From the NCBI GenBank assembly GCA_963667015.2, contig CAXXJJ010000004.1, forward strand, positions 4,000,001-4,064,000: DNA of 64,000 bases, written 5' to 3'. The notes beneath the pieces are model-generated. The model did no database searches. It worked only from the letters and a program-made list of their open reading frames with translations, and was not told where the DNA came from. Shown one piece after another: positions 32,332-42,073 of this stretch. The DNA comes from Desulfatiglandales bacterium (lineage in GTDB: Bacteria > Desulfobacterota > DSM-4660 > Desulfatiglandales > HGW-15). Every line of letters starts with the position of its first letter. Position 1 is the first letter of the stretch. A program made the translations under genes and the position numbers.

Positions 32332-34545
32332 ATGTCAAAATTAGTTGCTTTTGCAGCCATTCAGGGAGCGTATAATATAGTTTCAAAGGTAGAAGGTGCA
32401 TATAAAAGAGCTCTTGAAACCTATGGTGGAAGCCAGAAACTGGAATTTCCCAACACGGCTTATTTTTTACCAATTATTTATTCACTCACAGGAATAAAGG
32501 TTACAGACCTTGACTCAGCAAAAAAACCTCTTGATTTTGCACGCAGTCTCCTGCCGCCTCATGTTAAAAAGGATTGTCATGTTCCATATCTTGGTCCTTT
32601 GCTTGATGCCGGCATGGCAGCGCTCTTTGCAGAAGAGATAGTTGAGGCAATCCGTTATGTTGAGGATCCTGGTTTTTATCAGCCGGAAGTTGAAGATCCG
32701 GATATTGAAAACGGGAAAATATGGCTTGGCGCCGCTGATGACGCAATCATGAGAAAAAGGGGTGTTGAGTTTGTTGATGGTACCGCACCCGGTTTTGCCG
32801 CTATTGTTGGTGCTGCTCCTGATTCTGCAACAGCCAAAAAGATGGCTGAAGAATATCAGCTGAAAACAATATACGTATTTATGGCAGCTAATCAGAACGG
32901 AACAACCTTCGCTGAACAGCTCATTAAGGAAAATGTCCAGATAGGCTGGAATACCCGTCTTGTTCCATTTGGTCCGGATATCTCAGCAGCGGTTTTTGCC
33001 CTTGGCTTTGCAAACAGAGCAGGAATGGCCTTTGGCGGTATTGAGCCGGGTGATTATAAGAACATGCTTAAATATCAGAAAGATCGTGTATTTGCATTTG
33101 TCAACGCACTCGGTGATGTTAATGCCGAATGGGCAGCCAATGCAGCCGGTGCAGTAAACTGGGGATTCCCGACAATAGCAGATACGGATATTCCCGAAAT
33201 ACTGCCCACAGGTGTTTGTACCTATGAGCATGTTGTTGCCAATGTAAAACATGATGATATGCCTTCCAAGTCCATTGAAATCAGAGGTCTTAAGGTAACT
33301 ATTACCGAAATAGACATACCTGTAGCATATGGTCCGGCATTTGAGGGTGAACGTGTTCGTAAGGACGACCTTTACCTTGAAATGGGCGGCGGAAAGACCC
33401 AGGCTACCGAGCTTGTAAAGATGGCCGAGATGAACGAGATTGAAGATGGAAAAGTTGAACTCGTTGGCCCCGATGTAGGAGATACGAAAAAGGGAGACCG
33501 TCTGCCACTGGGTATTTATGTACAGGTTGCAGGAAGAAAAATGCAGCCGGATTTTGAGCCTATCCTTGAAAGGCAGATACATCACCTTATAAACTATGCC
33601 CAGGGTATAATGCACATAGGGCAGAGAGACATTGCATGGGTAAGGGTAGGTTCTGCAGTTGAAAAGGGATTTACAATAAAAGATTTAGGCAAAATCCTTC
33701 ATGCAAAATTCCACCAGGATTTCGGTAATGTCCTTGATAAGGTACAGGTAACTCTTTATACCAATAAAGAAGATGTTGATAAACTTACAGAAAGGGCAAG
33801 GGCAGAATATAAGCTCAGGGATGACAGGGTCGAAAAAATGACCGATGAAAGCGTTGAGACATATTATTCATGTACTCTCTGTCAGTCATTTGCACCGAGC
33901 CATGTGTGTGTTGTAAGCCCCGAAAGAACAGGGTTATGCGGCGCATATAACTGGATGGACTGCAAGGCATCTTTTGAGATCAATCCCACAGGGCCTAACC
34001 AGCCGGTTGAAAAGGGTGAGGTTATTGATCCTAAACTTGGTCAATGGAAGGGTGTCAATGACTTCGTATACAAGGCATCACGCCAGACGATTGATCACTA
34101 CAACTTCTATAGCATAGTACATGATCCCATGACCACATGCGGCTGCTGTGAATGTATTGCAGCTGTTCTTCCTTCCTGTAACGGAATAATGACCGTACAC
34201 AGGGACTATACAGGTGAGACTCCTTCCGGTATGAAATTCACAACCCTTGCAGGCGTTATGGGCGGTGGACAGTCATCACCGGGTTTTGTTGGCCATTCTA
34301 AATACAATATTTGCCAGGGCAAATTCTGTGTAGGTGATGGCGGGCTCCTGAGAATGGTCTGGATGCCAAAGTCACTGAAGGAAGAATTAAAGGAAAGGCT
34401 TATTAAGCGTGGTACAGAGATGGGTTGCCCTGACCTTATTGACAGAATCGCGGATGAAACCATAGGAATCACAGAAGAGGAAGTAATGGCGCACCTAAAA
34501 GAAAAGGATCATCCGGCGCTTAAAATGGATCCTATCGTAGGGTAG
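32332..34545 (+). CDS. acsB: Acetyl-CoA synthase
   Basis: FPNTAYFLP, CTLCQSFAPSH, PERTGLCGA, PMTTCGCCEC A-cluster ligands. Confidence 0.97.
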   Translation: MSKLVAFAAIQGAYNIVSKVEGAYKRALETYGGSQKLEFPNTAYFLPIIYSLTGIKVTDLDSAKKPLDFARSLLPPHVKKDCHVPYLGPLLDAGMAALFAEEIVEAIRYVEDPGFYQPEVEDPDIENGKIWLGAADDAIMRKRGVEFVDGTAPGFAAIVGAAPDSATAKKMAEEYQLKTIYVFMAANQNGTTFAEQLIKENVQIGWNTRLVPFGPDISAAVFALGFANRAGMAFGGIEPGDYKNMLKYQKDRVFAFVNALGDVNAEWAANAAGAVNWGFPTIADTDIPEILPTGVCTYEHVVANVKHDDMPSKSIEIRGLKVTITEIDIPVAYGPAFEGERVRKDDLYLEMGGGKTQATELVKMAEMNEIEDGKVELVGPDVGDTKKGDRLPLGIYVQVAGRKMQPDFEPILERQIHHLINYAQGIMHIGQRDIAWVRVGSAVEKGFTIKDLGKILHAKFHQDFGNVLDKVQVTLYTNKEDVDKLTERARAEYKLRDDRVEKMTDESVETYYSCTLCQSFAPSHVCVVSPERTGLCGAYNWMDCKASFEINPTGPNQPVEKGEVIDPKLGQWKGVNDFVYKASRQTIDHYNFYSIVHDPMTTCGCCECIAAVLPSCNGIMTVHRDYTGETPSGMKFTTLAGVMGGGQSSPGFVGHSKYNICQGKFCVGDGGLLRMVWMPKSLKEELKERLIKRGTEMGCPDLIDRIADETIGITEEEVMAHLKEKDHPALKMDPIVG

Positions 34546-34716
34546 ACGTCACAGGACTCTGGTTTACTGATGCTGTGAAAATAGCGTTATTGCGCAATAA
34601 CCATTTTCCGGCATCAGGTTTTAATCAGGGCTAAACTTATAAAGAAAATGGATGTATTTGCTGAAAGATGATCCTGCTAAAAGCGGGACTGAAAGCTAAA
34701 TTACAAGGAGCATATT

Positions 34717-36063
34717 ATGGGATTAACCGGAATTCAGATTTTTAAACTATTACCAAAGACAAACTGCGGAGAGTGTGGTGTTCCAACCTGTCTTGCCTTT
34801 GCTATGAACCTGGCAGCCAGTAAGGCTGAACTTGACTCATGTCCCTATGTCTCGGACGAGGCAAAAGAGCAACTGGCCGAGGCCTCTGCTCCTCCTATAA
34901 GACCGGTTTCAATAGGTGCGGGGACAAGGGCTTTTAAAGTCGGTGGTGAAACCGTTATGTTCAGGCATGAAAAGACTTTTTACAATCCTACCGGACTTGC
35001 AGCGGTTATAAACTCCGACATTGATGCCGGAGACCTTGATAAGAATATCAAAGAGTGGAACGCTCTTCAATATGAGAGAGTTGGCTTAAACCTGCGGCCC
35101 GAACTTGTTGCTCTCAAGGATGTAAGCGGTGATGCAGGAGCATTTGCTGCCGCAGCAAAGAAGATAGCAGCAGAAAGTGAATTCAACCTGATATTAATGA
35201 CAGAAAAAGTGGATGTAATGAAGGCTGCAGTTGATGTCTGTGCCTTTAAAAAACCACTTTTATATGCTGCAACCGCAGATAATATCGACGACATGGGTAA
35301 TCTGGCTAAAGAGAGCGGATTACCGGTGGCCATTAAGGCCGGCAGTGTTGAAGAACTGATAGGCATGAGTGATAAGCTTACCGGAATGGGAATCAAGGAT
35401 ATAGTACTTGATTCAGGCGCAAGGGAAATGAAACAGGCCTTTGAGGATCAGATCGCTATAAGAAGAGCTGCTCTCAAGACAGGAAACAGGTCCCTGGGAT
35501 TCCCAACGATCACGTTCCCATGCGAAATGGCCGATAATCTTGATATTGAAACGATGATCGCCGCGATGTTTATCGCCAAGTATGGCGGAATAGTAGTCCT
35601 CTCGGATTTCAAGGGAGAAAGCCTGTTCCCGCTACTTCTTGAAAGACTTAATATCTTTACTGATCCCCAGAGGCCCATGACCGTAACCCAGGGGATCTAT
35701 GAAATAGGCACTCCGGATGAAAACTCTCCTGTTTTTGTAACCACCAACTTCTCGCTTACATATTTTATAGTAAGCGGTGAAATTGAAGGTAGCAGGGTTC
35801 CAAGCTGGCTGCTTATTATGGACACAGAGGGCCTGTCTGTTATGACAGCATGGGCAGCAGGCAAATTTGCCGGTGATGCCGTTGGTTCATTTGTTAAAAA
35901 ATGTGGTATTGCAGATAAAGTAAAGCATAAAAAGATAATAATTCCGGGTTATTCCGCATCAATAAGTGGTGAAATGGAAGAAGAGCTTCCTGACTGGGAG
36001 ATCATGATAGGACCAAGGGATGCGGCATTGATACCAAAGTTTTTAAAGGATAATTGGAAATAA
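34717..36063 (+). CDS. acsC: Corrinoid Fe-S protein large subunit
   Basis: LPKTNCGECGVPTCLAFA, FRHEKTF, IFTDPQRP, TTNFSLTYF, SVMTAWAAGKF. Confidence 0.97.
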   Translation: MGLTGIQIFKLLPKTNCGECGVPTCLAFAMNLAASKAELDSCPYVSDEAKEQLAEASAPPIRPVSIGAGTRAFKVGGETVMFRHEKTFYNPTGLAAVINSDIDAGDLDKNIKEWNALQYERVGLNLRPELVALKDVSGDAGAFAAAAKKIAAESEFNLILMTEKVDVMKAAVDVCAFKKPLLYAATADNIDDMGNLAKESGLPVAIKAGSVEELIGMSDKLTGMGIKDIVLDSGAREMKQAFEDQIAIRRAALKTGNRSLGFPTITFPCEMADNLDIETMIAAMFIAKYGGIVVLSDFKGESLFPLLLERLNIFTDPQRPMTVTQGIYEIGTPDENSPVFVTTNFSLTYFIVSGEIEGSRVPSWLLIMDTEGLSVMTAWAAGKFAGDAVGSFVKKCGIADKVKHKKIIIPGYSASISGEMEEELPDWEIMIGPRDAALIPKFLKDNWK

Positions 36064-36083
36064 AATTTAAGGGGGAAAGGCCC

Positions 36084-36968
36084 ATGTTATTAATTGGAGA
36101 AAATTTAAATGTTATTAACCGGGAGATAGGAAAGGCTTTTAAGGAAAAAGATCCAGGCCCTATTGCCGCAGAAGCAAAAAGACAAATGGAAAAGAGTATG
36201 GACTGGATAGATATCAACCTTGGCCCTGCTAAAAAAGGCGGTCCTGAATTGATGGAGTTTGTTGTAAAAACAGTTCAGGAAGAGATAGGCGATGCCATTC
36301 CTCTTTGTCTTGATACATCAAACATTGAGGCAATGGAGGCTGGTCTTGCGGTACATAAGGGAAAGGCAATAATTAACTCCATTATGTGTCGACCGGAGCG
36401 CTACGAAAAGATGATACCTCTCGCAGTAAAGTATCAGGCAAATATGATTGCCCTGATGTGGGGCCCAGATGGTCTGCCAAGGGATGAAAATGAGAGAGGC
36501 GCTCTTGCTGCGGAGCTTCTCTATACAGCAAATGAAGCAGGAATTCCAAACGAAGATATATTTGTTGACGGTATAGTAACACCTGTTAACATTCAGCAGC
36601 CGCAGCTTATGAGTCTTTTAGCGTTCCAGGAAATGCTGCAGGACATGTTCCCCGGGGTAAAATCAACATGTGGTCTTTCAAATATCTCAAACGGTCCGCC
36701 CGAACATCTGAGATCCATACTGAATACAACCTATATGGTTATGCTTGAAAGAAAAGGCATGTATTCATGTATTGCAGACGCCTATGACGATGCATTAATC
36801 GCAGTTGCAAGAGGAGAACGGGCTGACATCGTAGAGCTGATCCATAAGATCATGGATAATGAAGATCCTGACATAGATTCACTTTCAAAGGAATTACAGG
36901 GCTATGCTAAAACAGCAAGGATTATTCTTGGACATTCTCTTTATTCAGACTCCTGGCTGGAGCTGTAA
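36084..36968 (+). CDS. acsE: Methyltetrahydrofolate:corrinoid methyltransferase
   Basis: MLLIGENLN, IDINLG, LCLDT, IINS, GLSNISNG pterin-binding barrel. ATG 36084 follows a purine-rich RBS (the track's 36054 start overlaps acsC). Confidence 0.93.
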   Translation: MLLIGENLNVINREIGKAFKEKDPGPIAAEAKRQMEKSMDWIDINLGPAKKGGPELMEFVVKTVQEEIGDAIPLCLDTSNIEAMEAGLAVHKGKAIINSIMCRPERYEKMIPLAVKYQANMIALMWGPDGLPRDENERGALAAELLYTANEAGIPNEDIFVDGIVTPVNIQQPQLMSLLAFQEMLQDMFPGVKSTCGLSNISNGPPEHLRSILNTTYMVMLERKGMYSCIADAYDDALIAVARGERADIVELIHKIMDNEDPDIDSLSKELQGYAKTARIILGHSLYSDSWLEL

Positions 36969-37077
36969 TTGAATTAGACCTGTTATTCTGCAGGGGTTAT
37001 TTTATTTGTAATATATGAGGAGCCCGAAATATTTTTCGCGGTTCCTCATTTTTATTTTTATGTAAAGGAGTAAAGAC

Positions 37078-37896
37078 GTGTCGCAAAGTATAACAACACC
37101 CGGAGACCTTGAGAGATCCCAGCAGGATTTATCAATTAAAAGAAATCTAAAAAAAATAAAAAGAAAAATAATTGTTATGAGCGGAAAAGGCGGGGTCGGT
37201 AAGAGTACGGTCTCTGCAATGCTGGCCCTTTTTTTGAGCGGCAAGGGGAATAAGGTTGGGCTCATGGATGTTGACCTGCACGGGCCAAGTATCCCCAACA
37301 TGCTGAAGATAAAAAGCGGAATTAACATAACAGGACCGAATCAGCTGACACCCTTTGAATATTCCGAAAATCTCGGTATTATCTCCATGGGTATGCTGAT
37401 GGAGGATCAGGATACTGCAGTAATATGGCGCGGACCACTAAAAATAAGTGCCATACGGCAGTTTATTTCCGATGTTACATGGGGAGACCTTGACTATCTT
37501 ATAGTTGACTCTCCTCCGGGTACAGGTGACGAACCACTTACGGTTGCGCAGACCATACCTGATGCGGAAGCCCTTATTGTTACAACACCGCAGGAGATAA
37601 GCCTGGCAGATGTAAGAAAATCCATAACATTCTGCCGTCAGGTTGATATGGATATTTTAGGAGTTGTTGAAAATATGAGCGGTCTTATCTGCCCCCATTG
37701 CAGTGAGAAGATAAATATTTTTGGTGAAGGCGGGGCAAAAAGGATGTCTGAAACCATGAAGGTACCAATGCTTGGTGAAATACCGATCGATCCGGAAGTG
37801 GTTAAACTTGCTGATGAAAAAAATCTCGGGGCTATACTCGAAATGAGTGACTCGGAAATAATTAAGGCCTATGAGGAATTAATAACTAAGATTTAG
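37078..37896 (+). CDS. mrp: Mrp/ApbC (NBP35) Fe-S cluster carrier ATPase
   Basis: SGKGGVGKST, DVDLHGPS, WRGP, DSPPGTGD, ENMSGLICPHC. Confidence 0.93.
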   Translation: MSQSITTPGDLERSQQDLSIKRNLKKIKRKIIVMSGKGGVGKSTVSAMLALFLSGKGNKVGLMDVDLHGPSIPNMLKIKSGINITGPNQLTPFEYSENLGIISMGMLMEDQDTAVIWRGPLKISAIRQFISDVTWGDLDYLIVDSPPGTGDEPLTVAQTIPDAEALIVTTPQEISLADVRKSITFCRQVDMDILGVVENMSGLICPHCSEKINIFGEGGAKRMSETMKVPMLGEIPIDPEVVKLADEKNLGAILEMSDSEIIKAYEELITKI

Positions 37897-37941
37897 AGAG
37901 TATTATTTTTTAAGATAAAATTTTCAGAATAACCATACTGT

Positions 37942-38014
37942 AAAAGGGCATAGTTATATTAGAATTTAAGTTCAATAAAATTCTAATAAATGAAAAATAC
38001 TATGCCCTTTTTTT
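37942..38014 (+). terminator. Long stem-loop with U-tract ending the acs-mrp unit
   Basis: AAAAGGGCATAGT...ACTATGCCCTTTTTTT plus an inner TATTAGAATTT/AAATTCTAATA stem. Confidence 0.6.
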
Positions 38015-38067
38015 ATTCGGTTGAAAGTTGAGCGTTGGATGTTGGTCGTTTATATTTAAGCTTTTAC

Positions 38068-38175
38068 TCCTCTTTTCTATTTCCTGATTCCTGTCTTCAG
38101 TAACCACTGCCCTCTGAGCTCCGGCATTTAATAGCTTTTCCTAACAGCCTAAAGTCTAAACTGCTTTAGCCTGTT
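38068..38175 (+). repeat. 108-bp direct repeat, copy 1
   Basis: Ungapped near-identical match to 39602-39709 (TCCTCTTTTCTAT...CCACTGCCCTCTGAGC...GGCATTTAATAGCTTTTCCTAACAGC...CTGTT). Confidence 0.9.
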
Positions 38176-38240
38176 ATCACTATTGACTGATCAGTGAAAA
38201 TAAAGCTTGCAAATTAGAAATAATATTCTAAAATACAAAT

Positions 38241-39386
38241 ATGATAAGCCGAAAAATCAAAAATACAATACTGGCCAGACTGGGTAAATTCCCTGCCGTT
38301 GCTCTACTGGGACCAAGGCAGGCCGGAAAAACAACCCTGGCCAGGACATTTTCCTCGCTGTATTATGATCTTGAAATAGAGCAGGACAGGCTTCGGCTCG
38401 ATATTCAATGGGAAGAGATAATCAGTGAAAACAGGGTCATAATCCTGGATGAAGCACAGAACTATCCTGATATATTCCCGAGAATAAGAAACGCCATTGA
38501 TAATAACAGGAAAAAAAATGGCCGTTTTATGATACTGGGTTCTGTTTCACCCGGTTTAATGCTGCAGGTTTCAGAATTTCTTACAGGACGAATTGCGCTG
38601 TGCGAGATTTCACCTCTTGCCATAGGAGAGATAAATAAAAAAGAGATAGACAGACTGTGGCTCAAGGGAGGTTTTCCTGACGGAGGGATTTTAGATGATG
38701 AACAGTTTCCCGTCTGGCAGCAAAATTATCTTGATCTCCTGGCCATGAGGGATCTTCCCTACTGGGGTTTATCTGCCAGGCCTCAGGTGATACAAAAATT
38801 TTTTAAAATGATTGCAGCAGTTCACGGCGGTTTATGGAATGCCAGCCAGATAGGAAAGAGTATGGGATTATCGTATCATACAGTGAACTCATATCTCGAT
38901 TATCTGGATCAGGTATATATCATCAGAAAACTTAATCCTTATTTCTCCAACCTTAAAAAACGCCTTGTAAAAAGTCATAAAATCTACTGGAGGGACAGCG
39001 GCCTGCTGCACAGCCTGCTGAATATAAATAATTTTGATGAGTTGCTCAACCAACCATGGGTTGGAGCAAGCTGGGAAAGTTTTGTGATTGAGCAGATATT
39101 AAACTCCCTCGACTCACAGGGCAGGCAATACGAGGCCTGTTTTTTAAGGACAAGTGACGGTTATGAGCTTGACCTGGTCCTTATACTTGATAATAAAAAA
39201 TGGGCCTTTGAAATTAAGCTGACAGGTGTTCCCGGGAATGAAGACATGAGAAGGTTAATCAAAACATCAGAAATGATCAAAGCTGATAATAGTGTGCTTA
39301 TAAGCAGGACAAAAAAAGAAATAAAAGGTAAAAACATTATCTCCACAAACCTTGATGGTGTCTTAAAGATATTGTCTGAATCTTGA
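38241..39386 (+). CDS. AAA_14 ATPase with DUF4143 / PD-(D/E)XK-like C-terminus
   Basis: GPRQAGKTT, IILDEAQ, LTGRI, GGFP, KIYWRDSG, ELDLV...AFEIK. Confidence 0.9.
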   Translation: MISRKIKNTILARLGKFPAVALLGPRQAGKTTLARTFSSLYYDLEIEQDRLRLDIQWEEIISENRVIILDEAQNYPDIFPRIRNAIDNNRKKNGRFMILGSVSPGLMLQVSEFLTGRIALCEISPLAIGEINKKEIDRLWLKGGFPDGGILDDEQFPVWQQNYLDLLAMRDLPYWGLSARPQVIQKFFKMIAAVHGGLWNASQIGKSMGLSYHTVNSYLDYLDQVYIIRKLNPYFSNLKKRLVKSHKIYWRDSGLLHSLLNINNFDELLNQPWVGASWESFVIEQILNSLDSQGRQYEACFLRTSDGYELDLVLILDNKKWAFEIKLTGVPGNEDMRRLIKTSEMIKADNSVLISRTKKEIKGKNIISTNLDGVLKILSES

Positions 39387-39601
39387 ATTTGCTCATTGTA
39401 TTTAACCATAAAACAGGAACCCTGAACCATAAACCGTTTTAAATCCCTAACAGTCTTCCGCCTAAACCGCTTCAACCTGCTTTATTAATCTTGAATTTTT
39501 AGCCAGTGAAATTCATGGAAATGACAGCAAAGCGTATTTCACCGGACTTGAATATTGAACCTTGAATTGGTTTTCAGGCTTTTCCTTTCACTTCTCCTGT
39601 T

Positions 39602-39709
39602 TCCTCTTTTCTATATACTGATTCCTGTCTTCAGAGACCACTGCCCTCTGAGCCCTGGCATTTAATAGCTTTTCCTAACAGCTCTAAGCCTAAACCGCTT
39701 CAGTCTGTT
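39602..39709 (+). repeat. 108-bp direct repeat, copy 2, within a cluster of short repeats (39400-39800)
   Basis: Matches 38068-38175. Followed by further CTAACAGCCT(T/A)CAGTCTA units. Confidence 0.9.
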
Positions 39710-40038
39710 TTTCACCCCGACTTCTGTCTTCCCTAACAGCCTTCAGTCTAACCACCTACAGCCTGTTTTATTAACAGCCTACAGTCTATCAGTCTGTCTT
39801 TTTATTTGCCCAACCAGTAATTTTCTGCTACAAAAAATCATTCATAAATTAATCTAATCATTACTAATTTAGTGCAAAACAAATAGCAAGACTCAAGATA
39901 TATATTCTGTTCTCCATAAATTACTAACAGTGTTATTAAAAAGTAAAAATATCAAATGGGATAAGTAGAGGCTTAGGCGGTAACAGCAAACATTATCTCC
40001 TTACTTTGTATTTATATGACCCAAAGGAAAAAACACAT

Positions 40039-41184
40039 ATGAACTTCAAGGACTTCAAGGCCGGTCGCTGGGTACAGCAATATGAATACAAGAGCTTTTC
40101 ACCTGCAATTATTAATCAAAGCTGGACATGGGAAGATCCTCATATCAATACTCTCCTTGAACAGGCAACTCAGGCCCTTGGAGAATTGAATGCTTTTTCA
40201 CTGATTGTCCCTGATGTAGATCTTTTTATTGAGATGCATGTAGTTAAGGAGGCCAGTACCTCCAGCCGGATTGAAGGCACACTTACAGAAATTGATGAAG
40301 CCTTAAAACCTAAAGAGATGGTTAATCCTGAACGAAGAGATGATTGGCAGGAAGTTCAGAATTACATAAAAGCAATGAACCAGGCAATACAGGCATTGCA
40401 GAACTTACCCCTTTCAAACCGGCTTTTAAAAAACACTCATCAAACCCTCCTTGAAGGTGTTCGCGGGGAAGGAAAGTGTCCTGGAGCATTCAGGAAAAGC
40501 CAGAACTGGATCGGTGGAAGCGGACCATCTGATGCTGTTTATGTTCCCCCCTATCATACAGATGTTCCGGATCTGATGAGTGATCTTGAAAAATTTCTAC
40601 ATAATAACGACATTCAAATTCCACACCTTATCCGAATAGCCATTTCTCATTATCAGTTTGAAACCATCCATCCATTTCTGGATGGTAATGGACGCATAGG
40701 CAGGCTATTGATCACACTCTATCTGGTAAGTAAGGGATTGCTTAAAAAGCCTACTCTATATCTGTCAGAATATATAGAAAAACATAAGAACGCTTATTAT
40801 GACGCTCTAAGCAGGGTTCGTGAAACAAATGATCTGGGACAGTGGGTACGCTTTTTACTCACTGCCATGAGAGAGACCGCAGTGAAAGGGAAAGAGACAT
40901 TTGAGGCTATCCTGACGATCCGAAGCGAAGTGGAAAAAAGCATTATGACTTTGGGGAAGAAGTCTGAAAATGCAAGAATTTTACTTGATCATTTGTATCG
41001 AAAGCCTTTTATAACGCCTAATGAAGTTGCACAGATGCTTAAAATAACACATCAGTCTGCCAGTTCTCTTATTAAGGATTTTGAGAAACTGGATATCCTT
41101 AAAAAATGGGAAAAGATTGGCCGAAACCAAAGTTATGTTTTCGGTCGCTATCTCGTACTATTTTTAGAGAATATGAGAAAATGA
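40039..41184 (+). CDS. Fic family protein (Fic_N, Fic, C-terminal HTH)
   Basis: Canonical HPFLDGNGRIGR motif and N-terminal SSRIEG inhibitory-type motif; ATG 40039 after AAGGA. Confidence 0.93.
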   Translation: MNFKDFKAGRWVQQYEYKSFSPAIINQSWTWEDPHINTLLEQATQALGELNAFSLIVPDVDLFIEMHVVKEASTSSRIEGTLTEIDEALKPKEMVNPERRDDWQEVQNYIKAMNQAIQALQNLPLSNRLLKNTHQTLLEGVRGEGKCPGAFRKSQNWIGGSGPSDAVYVPPYHTDVPDLMSDLEKFLHNNDIQIPHLIRIAISHYQFETIHPFLDGNGRIGRLLITLYLVSKGLLKKPTLYLSEYIEKHKNAYYDALSRVRETNDLGQWVRFLLTAMRETAVKGKETFEAILTIRSEVEKSIMTLGKKSENARILLDHLYRKPFITPNEVAQMLKITHQSASSLIKDFEKLDILKKWEKIGRNQSYVFGRYLVLFLENMRK

Positions 41185-41191
41185 GTTTAAA

Positions 41192-41279
41192 TTTACATAT
41201 TAAGTGCTTCATGTAAAGTTGACAGCATTTTCTTTACATTTCAAGCTGTATATGTAAAAAACAAATGTTTACTTTACAT
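41192..41279. promoter_or_regulatory. Tandem palindromic operator-like array TTTACAT-N12-ATGTAAA
   Basis: Perfect sites at 41192-41217 and 41233-41258, third half-site at 41273; period 41/40 bp. Confidence 0.55.
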
Positions 41280-41331
41280 ATCCTGAAAATATAGAAGAAA
41301 TTAAAATTATAGAAAAGTTTCCAGGTTACTA

Positions 41332-42054
41332 ATGGCTATAAATCAATCTAAATCACATTCAATACATAACTCAAAACATCAGGCTATAAAAAACTGGCCG
41401 GTAACTGAACGCCCCCGCGAAAAGCTTCTCAATTTAGGACCTGAGGCACTGTCAGATGGTGAGTTGCTAGCTGTATTGCTTCGAATTGGTAAAGCTGGCC
41501 AATCAGCCGAAGATTTAGCTCGTCAATTAATAACTCAATTTAATGGAATAAACGGTATTGATCGTGCCCATTTAGAGGAATTGCTAGCCGTCCAAGGGAT
41601 GGGAATAGCAAAAACAGCACAACTTAAAGCAGCTATTGAGATTGGTAAAAGAGCCCGTAGGCAAAAAGCACAACCCAAAGATTTCAGAAACGCAGAAGAA
41701 GTGGCTGAATATATCAGACCAAAATTCGAAGGTAAGCGGCAGGAGGTTTTTTTTCTAATTCTTCTTGATGGGCAAAACCATTTACTCGCTGAAAGAGATA
41801 TTGCCGAAGGTATCCCAACCCAGGCAACTGTGTATGTGCGTCGTGTAATGGAGGAAGCTTTGCGAGTATCAGCAAGCGCTTTTGTTATCGCCCATAACCA
41901 CCCTTCTGGGAATCCAAATCCTTCTGATTCAGATGATCAGACAACTCATGAATTGAAAAAAGCGTCCAATATCTTAAACATTATCTTTCAAGATCATATT
42001 ATTATCGGTAGAGATAATAAGTACTATAGTTATTCTGAAAACGGTAAAATCTAA
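41332..42054 (+). CDS. radC: RadC family (HhH + JAB/MPN) protein
   Basis: WP..ERPREKLL, LSDGELLA, G.G.AK, AHNHPSG.P.PS..D, DHIIIG. Confidence 0.93.
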   Translation: MAINQSKSHSIHNSKHQAIKNWPVTERPREKLLNLGPEALSDGELLAVLLRIGKAGQSAEDLARQLITQFNGINGIDRAHLEELLAVQGMGIAKTAQLKAAIEIGKRARRQKAQPKDFRNAEEVAEYIRPKFEGKRQEVFFLILLDGQNHLLAERDIAEGIPTQATVYVRRVMEEALRVSASAFVIAHNHPSGNPNPSDSDDQTTHELKKASNILNIIFQDHIIIGRDNKYYSYSENGKI

Positions 42055-42073
42055 TGTCAAATAGGAGTAATGC

